A DNA stretch of 63,562 nt, counting the filler, from Lenisia limosa (lineage: Eukaryota > Protista > Breviatea): the NCBI GenBank assembly GCA_001655205.1. It is 13 parts of 13 records of this genome, joined end to end, with 100 filler letters (N's around TTAATTAATTAA, not from the genome) between each part and the next. Parts side by side here need not be neighbours in the genome. Positions count along the whole stretch, not along the records: positions 50,735 to 53,503 come from LPNZ01002056.1; positions 53,604 to 63,562 come from LPNZ01000462.1; 11 more parts are not named here. The stretch is one strand, 5' to 3'. Below, in pieces: positions 50,970-60,704 of this stretch. The position numbers and the translations under genes are program-made. The number at the start of each line of letters is the position of its first letter. Position 1 is the first letter of the stretch. The notes below the pieces were generated by a model. It saw nothing but the letters and a program-made list of their open reading frames with translations, did no database searches and had not been told where the DNA came from.

Positions 50970-53456
50970 AAAGGTCCAGCTGATGAGCAAGATTCTCATT
51001 CGCCTTATTATATTGCCTATATAGCGCCAGAAGAGCCTTGTACAAGACAACCAAACAAATTACCAACTCACCTTCGAATCGGAGGTGATTTAGACATTGG
51101 AGGCGTGGAAATGGCTGGTGGTTCTGGATGGTTCACAATAAACACGTGTGGAACAGAATGAGTACAATTGTTTTAAAAAAAACTCCCCCCCATATTCTAA
51201 TTACAATTCCATCGCAATACTGGTAATCACCCCCACCATTCTCCTTGATAACGATGCTGACGAGGGTGAGAGCGGCGTTTCTCAAGGCATCCTGCACCAA
51301 GCCCTTGACTGTGGCCAAGTCGTTACCGTGGTTGTGGGACTGGCGGAGTAAAAATGGAATATCTATGAACCAAAAAGCCCATAATCAACTCTATTGGCTA
51401 TAAATGATCTTAGTTTTGTTAGAAACTATGCTATAAAACGACGATATGAGAATAGTAGTGGGTGTGTGTGCAATGCAGGTGCGGGAATGTGAAGCAAAGA
51501 CGGAGCAACAAACCAGACCCTACCAGATCAACGGAGGCTCTCTCTTTGCCGCTAACATAGCCGCGAGAAAGAGTATCGAGAAGGAATCCCGCATCATCCA
51601 ACACCAGCGACAGCCGTGGCATGTTAATGCGCGTACCTTCGGGACAGTGATGCAAATAAAAAACAAGGATATCCCTTCTCTTCCCCAGATTTCTACCCAT
51701 CCATCATCATACCTTGGACCTTGATAACAATGTGGTTTTGAGGAAGAGGGGGGCGAGGAACAGTCTGGATACATTACAAACAACACGGTCCCAAGTTCAA
51801 TTGAATGTAACCCCCCCCCNNNNNNNNNNNNNNNNNNNNNNNNNNNNNNNNNNNNNNNNNNNNNNNNNNNNNNNNNNNNNNNNCATATCCTGCATCAAGT
51901 CTTCTGGGAACACCAATTCTGCTGTCACATCCGCCTGAGGGGGAGTGAACCGAAGGAAATGTTGATGAATAATATTGGAGTAAAGGTACTGATCATAATC
52001 TGAAATTCCAAACAAAAAAAACAAGCAATAACATACACGAGCAACCAGTGTGAAAACTAGACAAACCAGATAACAAAAACACAAAAACAAAAACAAGAGG
52101 AGTAAAAGTTGGAAAATTGGAACATTTATGAAATAAAAGTAAGCCTAAAATCAACTCTTTTGGCTTGCACAGTTATTTGAGGGAGAGGAGGGGGGGGTCA
52201 ACCCGACACCCACTATCAGTTAAAAATTTTAAGAAGCCAAGACAACAACACCAGGAAATATGAAACATTCTGCGCCCGCCCACAGCCATAGCGTGAGTGG
52301 CGTAAAACAAGGTGACCTCCTCCTCGATAGCATGTCTTCTTTCATCCACGTCCGGCGCCTTGGTGCTGCATTGTTGCACGAAGCGATCGACTAGGTAAAA
52401 GATCTGAAGGTTTTCGCGGAAGGACTCCTCCTGTAGGTGTTAGAGAAACAAAGTCCTTGCTCAATATTGTTATTCAAAGGCCAAAATCCAAAGGAATTGA
52501 AAAATACTGTCCTGACAGAGAATGAACATATGGCCGAAGCCATCAACACAACCAGATTGGTACCCCCCCCCCCCNNNNNNNNNNNNNNNNNNNNNNNNNN
52601 NNNNNNNNNNNNNNNNNNNNNNNNNNNNNNNNNNNNNNNNNNNNNNNNNNNNNNNNNNNNNNNNCTCAATTTGGATGGCTGGGTGGGAGTAAATTGGAAA
52701 TTTATGAACCAAAAAAAACACAATTTTTCAACTCTGTTGACAACACTCGAAAGTTAATAACAACAAAACAAACAAAGCCAAGGCCGGTCCTTCTGCATCA
52801 CCACATCCCATCACTCAAGCGTAGGGGAGAAAGCTTGAGATAGGAGTGTCGAAGGTGCTCAGTAGTAAACCAACCAAAAAGAGTTTCTGTACCCTCCATG
52901 CTGTCGTGCATCCGAGTGATTGTTATCTGAAAACGTGATAAATAAAGCACCATTCACTCTGATTTTTGTATCGATTTTAAAGAGAAAACAAAAAGAAAAC
53001 TACCCGCCGTCCCAGTGCCAACCTGAGCGTCCTTCAATCCGACTGAGTCCGTGAGAGCCGACTGCAAGCGGTCGAGCCGCTCCTGACACAGGCCTTCTTT
53101 GTCATTCTTCACACGCGCCGCAAAGACCCTAGGATAGGATTAAAAATGAAAATAAAAAACTACGCGGAACATTTGAATACTTGTAGTTTAAAATCAACAA
53201 AAAAAACGGTGTTAACATACAACCCCTCTACCGTTCGTGTTGGCTGGTCTTGGCATTCGCCTCGGCATGAGCTCTAGAGAAATGAGATCTTGAAGCTGTG
53301 CAAAGACAGTATTCACATATTATTATCAAAATCGCCATTTCAAGAAATCCAAAAACTCCGTGAACCCACTCACCCAATAACATCAAGGCCTTCACTGTGA
53401 AGAAGCGTAACAATTTCATGGACAATGCCAACCTTAGAGGGGGACACCACACGGAC
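50970..53456 (-). CDS. ACT-domain repeat protein (partial)
   Basis: VRVVSPSKVGIVHEIVTLLHSEGLDVI ... VFAARVKNDKEGLCQERLDRLQSAL, and HIVIKVQGTRINMPRLSLVLDDAGFLLD...GKERASVDL...TVKGLVQDAL; two beta-alpha-beta ACT-like units. Confidence 0.5.
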
Positions 53457-53734
53457 CTACAGTGTAACATAATGTTGAAAGGTAGGAGGAAGAAGATATC
53501 AATNNNNNNNNNNNNNNNNNNNNNNNNNNNNNNNNNNNNNNNNNNNNTTAATTAATTAANNNNNNNNNNNNNNNNNNNNNNNNNNNNNNNNNNNNNNNNN
53601 NNNAGCTTGGCAATAATCCTCCTCCACCACCACCCCCTCGCATGCACCCTCCTCCCCCCGGAGTGTTGGCGCCTCGTTTTGGAGCCAACTTGCCACCACT
53701 ACGTGAGCGTTGTTGTACTCTGTTCTGACATTTC

Positions 53735-56546
53735 AGCGCCGTCGGTTGCCGGCGATATTGAGTCCCGTACGACACACGGCAAGGACCGTCCTCCTGAGGC
53801 CATGAGGACTGCCAAGGCCCCGCGGCCGGCAGGTTTGTGGTTCAATAATGGGGTTGGTGTGATTGTGTAGGTCCTTTCTCGGTGTTCAAGTCGTCCCCGG
53901 CAATAGGCACACTGTTTTCCCCTCGTCATATTCTGCAGCCCAACAGACAAAGCAACAGGATGGAGCAAATGATGTGAGCTATGGTGCAGTGTGGAACCAA
54001 TTTACACAGGAGTCGGAAGTGTGTTTATGGATGGCATAAATTGAAATATTCCAAACCCCTACCTGTATTATTGCAGTTCAGTTTAAAGATAAGCTGTTAC
54101 GTTCTTTTTACTATTATCATCATCGAGGTTCTTCCTAGGTAGTACTATTTTTATCAATGGTCGCTGTATTAGCTGGTAGTACGAAATGATGACACTCGTC
54201 AGGTTCTACGGTGCAGTTACAAATAAAACCCCTGCTCTTCCAGCCAACTTGGACTACCGGCTCTTACCTCAACTTTCCCAGGTAGGAGGCTACTATGAAA
54301 ACTGGCTTATTAATGTTGTATTAGTATACTATATATATTATATGTATATGTATAGATATAGATATCTATAAGCGTGATGCTGTGAACGGCTTCGGCCAGA
54401 TATAACTTTATTTTTTATTTCTCATTGCTATAATATATGATATACTATAATATATCATATTTCACTTGCCTGTTCACCCATTTTTTGATTCCCTTGTGTA
54501 TATTATGTTATGAGGATGTTTTGGTGATAGATACCCAGCATCTCATATTCAGGCTGAAGAAGCAGTTGCCACTGCCAAGACGGCCTCGGGTTCAATCTGG
54601 GCGTCCGCTGTACGTGAGCTAAACGGCCAGGTCAGAGGACAAGGCTCTCAAAAGGAGCGCGCGTTTGTTGAGTGTCAAGAGTTTGTGCGCTTGTCATGCC
54701 CAAGGTGAGGGTTTCATTATGCATGTTGCTAAATCATATATCATACATATGTCTTTTTGCCGTCTTGAATCGTCCCCACTGGACTTACGTTGATGTAATC
54801 AGTTCAATGGAGTCGTCAATGGGTGTTTCTTCGCTGACATCTGCCACGCCTGTGCTATCTGTTAAGTCACATGCATCTAACAACTGGAAGGTCTGGTCCT
54901 CTTCTCCCTTCGCAGGCTGCTTATATTTCTGTTTTCTCACCTTAAAGGTTCATGTGTTCTGTCCCGAGGCGGCGGGGGGCTTCATTGCCTCGATAGATGC
55001 CCAGGATGGGTGTTACCATACAGGTTTGGAATGTTGGGATATTGTTGCAGTACTTAAAACGCTTCAAAACCTGGGCCTTTTTTTACAATGTAGCGGTAGC
55101 ACCAATTCCTTTGTTGAGAGGACTACACATCTCTGAACTAGTGGTATACCAATGCCCTGATACTGGTCAGTGAGTAGCATTTAAGCAGTTATTGTCAATT
55201 ATCTCTGGTCACTCATCAGGCTTGGTGTTCTCCAGCATCGCTACGCAACCAGCCATCGCGTTAGGAGTTGCGCGAGGGAGCGTTTCTATTTGCGTGGAGG
55301 CCTGTGAAGGGTCTCTTGTTACCGCCTCTTTGGGGAGAGTTGTGGGCGTGGTTTATTTCAATGATTGGACTTGTTGAAGCTTTCTAGACGCTAAATCCTT
55401 CTGTTTTCCTGAACCTATTGGTAACTTCCGAAGAACGGCCCGCTCTATTCCAAACTGCTTCGCCCTCGTGTGTCTGGCCAGTGCCAGTTTATTACAGCTG
55501 ACTGCTTGTCAAATGCCGCTAACATCCTCAATGGGTCGTTACAGAAATGTTGGTTCACTTAGAATTATCATCAGTACCAATGTTATCAATCGTAAAATTA
55601 TGTGGAAATGAGAAGTGGAATCAGATTCCAGTTTTAAGGATGATAATATCCTATTTGCCATAATTTCTTCTCAGATCCTCCTATCTGCACATCAGTCATG
55701 ACCGTTTTACGTCAACTTCTCATGAAGCTGTCGTCATTGTCCAAGGCAAGAATGATGTGCGAGTTCCTTCCTGATTATCGTTTGTGGAGAGAGGGGGTTC
55801 ATTGATTATTATTGTCAATTTACCCTTTCAGTGTACACGCATGCAGCCAAAGCAGTTTCTGATGCTCACCTGTCGCTTCTTTGTCTTGCAATTTATACAC
55901 AAGTAGGGAGACCAAAGTCAGGTTTAGATTAACCGCATCAGGAAAATGGACCACTGTCTGAAGTCAAGGCGGCGGCCAAGTTCCTTCAGGTATCATTATT
56001 CCTTCCTACCACGCTTCAATTGGATTTTTTTATACATACGTATATCATATGCTCGATGTTTTCTCATAAGTTGGATAGAACATACCAAGAAGTGATACTT
56101 CAACTAATCAAGTTCTTTTTTTTCCTTTACACTCATTTCCAGATTATTGTGCGTATGTTCTCTGAAGGAAATCCCAAGATCAGGCAGTCTTTGCTCCAAT
56201 CCTCAATTTTGTATGTAGACTCTCTCACATACCGTGTTTATCTGTCTTTTCAACCCTTATCCCGCCTAACTTTCAATGTAGATGGTTCCGCTCAAACTAC
56301 CCTGAGGAAAAGCTCATCAACACAACAAAGGTTAGAATGACTTTATTCCAACTAACACTTTGTGGACTTGTTTCAAATATCCTTGTGACGTTTCACCCTC
56401 AACAGTCACTTGGGCATTTTGGGGGCGCAATGTGCGATGCTCTCATGGCTCTGGACCCGACACCAAAAAGACTTGGCTCCTCCGTACTTGATTTTGTCAA
56501 AAAGGACCAGAGCAGTTCAAGTGAGAGCGACAGTGATTGGGACTAG
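53735..56546 (+). CDS. Multi-exon hypothetical protein ending in an acidic-Trp tail (SESDSDWD*)
   Basis: Phase-consistent exons GSTVQLQIKPLLFQPTWTTGSYLNFPR/YPASHIQAEEAVATAK..., IIVRMFSEGNPKIRQSLLQSSIL/WFRSNYPEEKLINTTK/SLGHFGGAMCDALMALDP...SDSDWD*. Confidence 0.55.
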
Positions 56547-57221
56547 TCTGGCTTCTGTGGTATTTGTTCGTTTCATCTTTTGACTTGTGTCCGATTTAAG
56601 TCAGATTATTTTTTTTTTTTCAATGTAGTGTGAGTAGTTGGGTGAAATTTTTATGTGATTATCCCCAGTTGATCAGTAGTTGATCTCCAAAGGTCACCAT
56701 AATACATCGTGTTTAATCTTCTGAAATGTACACCAAAAATTGAACCTTCAACCGTAACATTGCCATCCAATTGTCTAACTCCTAATTATTACAAATTACA
56801 AGATACATTTTTACATTTTTATTTTTTCCAAACAATTGCCAAACTACACCAAACGTACACAATGCAATCTTGTTCCCAGATCACCTCTGGATCTTTTCTA
56901 GCTGTTCTTAAGAGACCCTGCGTGTATGCGTGTAAACGGGAACTTTGAACTTTAATGCATCAATAATATAATCTGGGGGTGTATACAACCAGGAAACAGA
57001 AGTCTTTTGCATAAGGGGAGTCCCAAAGAAACCACACACAAACCCTCCTTGAGGTAATACAAAACTACAATACAAAAAAAAACAACAAGACGCTTCATTG
57101 CCTCATGGGCTTTGCGCTGACTCCGTGCTGCTTTTTTCTTTCTTCCTCCTTCTCCTCTTCCGACAGGGTAGTATACGGTATTACGGTCGCGGTGATTTCG
57201 TGTGGGGGGTACACTATACAC

Positions 57222-57229
57222 TATAAATA
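57222..57229 (+). promoter_or_regulatory. TATA-box-like element upstream of HSP10
   Basis: TATAAATA about 43 nt upstream of the ATG at 57272. Confidence 0.35.
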
Positions 57230-57271
57230 GTATTTGAAAAATTCCAAGAAATCCTCTTTGTAAGTCTAAGA

Positions 57272-57907
57272 ATGTCTTCAGTTGCTAAGTTTGTTCCTCT
57301 TTTTGACCGCGTCTTGGTCACTCGTCTTGCCCAAATGAGCAAGACCGCAGGAGGACTTTTGATCCCCGAAGCTGCCCAGACTAAGATGAACAAGGGGTAG
57401 GAAATGGGATTTAGAGCCTCTCAAAGAAATATTTTTCTTATAATCTCAGTGTCGTTGTCGCTGCTGGACCTGGACGTCGTAATGAAGACGGTTCTCTCAT
57501 TCCTATGGAAATCAAGAAGGGTTTGAGGCGAAAACAGATTATTTTGGGGAATTCTTAGTTGTTACCAAAGTGAGACACTCTCATCATGCCAAGAGCTGAT
57601 TATATAAGGTGACACCGTTCTTCTCCCTGAGTATGGTGGAATGAAAGTCAAGTTCGAGTCCAAGGACGACCATTTCATCTTCTCCAGCCACGAGATCCTT
57701 GTATGGGGTGCCTTTGGAGTATCATAACGTTGACTTTTTTGGAGGGAGACTTATACTTGGCGTTTTTTTTTAAAAAAAAACTTCCTCATTATATTTTACT
57801 TGAAAGAGCAAGATTCCCTTGTCCTGTGATTTGATTTTGCTTCCCTCATCTTTTTATAATCTGTATATCTTTGTTGACTAACTGTTCAGGGTATCTTCAA
57901 GGATTAA
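57272..57907 (+). CDS. HSPE1: Co-chaperonin Hsp10/Cpn10 (4 exons)
   Basis: MSSVAKFVPLFDRVLVTRLAQMSKTAGGLLIPEAAQ...VVVAAGPGRR...GDTVLLPEYGGMKVKF...FIFSSHEILGIFKD*. Confidence 0.96.
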
Positions 57908-58067
57908 ACACTTTCTTTTCTTAATATTTGTTTCCCTATGCATAATGTTTCCCCTTCCATGTTACCTTTGTTGAAAAAGGGGGACGAATTTCGGAATAAA
58001 TAGATTAATGAGACATAAAACATATGAGTTGGTCTCACTGCCGGACCTGACGTGTTCCTATCGATCT

Positions 58068-60370
58068 TCATCGGAAAGCTGGTCGCTTCTTCTGCAGCGC
58101 ATAAGGGGGGGGGGGGTAGAAAAAGGTATACTATAACATATTAAACTTCACCAAAGAAGCTTTTTCATCGCACAACGGAATTTCCAGTGACAACCAATTT
58201 GTTTCGCCACTGTTACTTTCTTTGTCCTTATCACACATACTTTTCTTCTTTTAACGAACATGGGGGTATCATCGTCAAGTGGCTCTTCAAATGCCTGAAG
58301 GTAAGGACATGGAGGCAAAATATGCTTTGTTTACTTCTATTACGATGTGACAACAATTAAACAATATATATCATATGATATTAAGAATTTCCTTATTCAA
58401 AAGACTACGAGATGTATCCCACCATTGTCAGAGTAGCGGCCGGGTATTCAAGGTCCGGGGCTGGTCGTTTGCTGTTGAGTGAGTGGAAATATTACTAAAG
58501 TCTAAGAAATATTTACTGGGGGCGGGGCGAATTAGAGTTATTGTACATGAACCAGAACCTATATCAGATACACGAGTGGGTGAGGGCAAGGTTCTCTTTT
58601 TATGGAAGAAATTCATAGGTCTGTGTTTATGCAGGTTCATACCTCTTCTCCTATATATTGTAGAAAGTTGCACTATAAACTTCCATTTTACTCATCCAAC
58701 ATTGATCATTTTGAAGACTTTCTCAAAATGAGATCCGTGGCAAAATGGTTCCATGAAGCCCACCTGGTAAAAGAGCTCAGTCGGCGATGAAGGCTTTTAT
58801 CATTGACCTCAGCCTCCTACGTACGTCACCATCAACATAAATCACGAATCAAACCATCAAACTCACATCATTATTCTGCGTTCTCTGCGCGGGAGTGCCG
58901 AGGGTTAAGTTTAGCCACTCATGGTCACTTTTAGAGATTCTCTGTTCTAAAATGTCAAATTATATCAGCGTTAACTCTTGGTCTAAAACCAAAATATATC
59001 CCAAGCATGAAACTGATGAGAGTCATGTGAGATGCGACAAACACAAACATACACACCTTCCAGAGTTGTGATCAGACTGTCAGCCATGATAGGCAAAGGT
59101 ACGATTTCAAGGTCACCTGCTGCTTCTTCACCGACCTTCACTAGTAAGGAAGGTTATGCGTCAAAGAACAATCAATAGTCTTGTCAATTTCTATTACCCC
59201 AGTTTTTCCAATTAACTCCGTAGAACCAACCAAATGTGAACCGATTTGCATCAGTCGAGTCTCCCACTGGAAAGGTGGCCTTGAGTCTTGAAATATCAGA
59301 TGTGGTTGCAGAACATTCACAGATTGAAATAGAGCCGTCTCACACACCTTCGACAAGTTTATTATACTTATTTGCGAGTTCCTCCGTGGCCTGTGTCATT
59401 TCGTTGAGACCAAAAAATAGCGATGAGATGATGTTTTTCTGCTTAAAATGAATTGAAGTGAAAAATATAAATACTGTCACAATAATACCCTTATCACCCA
59501 AAAGCAGAAACCCCTCTGAATTGGCAAAACACTAATTTTTATTGCATACTGTGACTTCAATTTGCTTCACCTTGGGCCACGGGTTAAGTTCAACCAGCCA
59601 CTTGAGACTGATTCCAGAAAGCTGAACAGCAAGCTTCAGAATATATGATTTCTACATTGGTTACCGGCATTCTCTTCTTCAGTGCCCTTACAGGGTTATC
59701 CGGATCCTCAGCAAACTCCAGCGGTTCTGAGCGTGACGACGCTTGTAAACTTGCTGAAAATATGAGAAAAAAAAACCCTCTCACGCTTTACAAAAAGTAC
59801 TTTTTTTTGACACCTTTGAGGGGAAACAATTTGGTATTCTCAATGTAGCTCATGTAGTATATTGTATACATCTCAGCATTCCAACATGGATTAGATCATC
59901 CCTTACCATTATCCACTACCAAGTGATATGTCAAAACAAAAAAAAAAGAAAACAAATAACCATTCCACTCACAACTGAGTGCATCAAGGAAACCTTGGGT
60001 CGAGACGTTTTCAATTCCGAACTTGTTCTAATACAATTACATGGTCCAAAAAGTTAACTGGTGGGCTCTTCCTATTCCCACCTCTAATGCAGCCACAAAA
60101 TTCTCACCAGCTAATGTTGATGACCAAGTACTGTATAATTAAGATTTGAAAACAATAAAAGTACCCAAAATACAACTTTGGCGTACTTTTTGAGATTTGT
60201 GAGGACAAGGTGAAAACCTGCTGCTGAAAACCCAGCCTTCATGTACGCAATATCCCCCTTGTCTACAAAAAAATCAATCAATCAGATAAATCCTTCTTAC
60301 TTGAGACTTTTCCAAATGGCGAAGTGTAAACGGGCCTCCATGCTACTGGAGGAAGAATATGATTTGACAT
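58068..60370 (-). CDS. Multi-exon hypothetical protein
   Basis: MSNHILPPVAWRPVYTSPFGKVS/NKGDIAYMKAGFSAA/AGENFVAALE/NKFGIENVSTQGFLDALS ... RLKATFPVGDSTDANRFTFGWFYGVNWKNW/VKVGEEAAGDLEIVPLPIMADSLITTLE; phases are consistent across these junctions. Confidence 0.55.
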
Positions 60371-60704
60371 GGTGATATGCCCCAGAAAAGTGTATGCAGG
60401 TAGACCAAGGGAATAACAAATCCGGCCAAGCCTCCCAATAAATAAACTTTAGCAGAGTATATCAGCCTATTTTGCAATAGAAGTGAAAGGAAGAGGAGCA
60501 AAAGCAGAAAAGCAAAAGGCAACGTGTCGTCTACGCCGCCGGTGATATAAAAGGGCCGTTTGGGCCGTTCAGTTCGAAACTGCTTCTCTTTGCTTTCTTC
60601 CCAGTTATATCTTGATGCTGTGGTTATAAAGTCGTTACACAGATCAGATAGAGGAAGCTAACAATTGGCCGACCATTGAGCCCGACGGGGTCAGCACCTG
60701 CACC

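Larger units (their letters stand above)
8880..53603. other. Twelve artificial scaffold spacers N44-TTAATTAATTAA-N44 (stop codons in all six frames)
   Basis: TTAATTAATTAA embedded in N runs at 8924, 12675, 18193, 20252, 24146, 26388, 37977, 39205, 41787, 43426, 50679, 53548; genes are truncated at these points. Confidence 0.97.

Noticed and set aside
10797-52574. N gaps repeatedly adjacent to G/C homopolymers, possibly marking a hidden element
   Set aside because: Best explained by short-read sequencing or assembly failure at long G/C runs; informative only as a side effect of the poly-C/G intron ends
8880-53603. TTAATTAATTAA repeated 12 times at intervals, superficially a regularly spaced element or array
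   Set aside because: Always centred in exactly 100 bp with Ns and giving stops in six frames: an assembly or concatenation linker, not biology
56900-57200. Possible small minus-strand gene (GGFVCGFFGTPLMQK...) upstream of HSP10
   Set aside because: No consistent exon phase or recognisable homology; insufficient support
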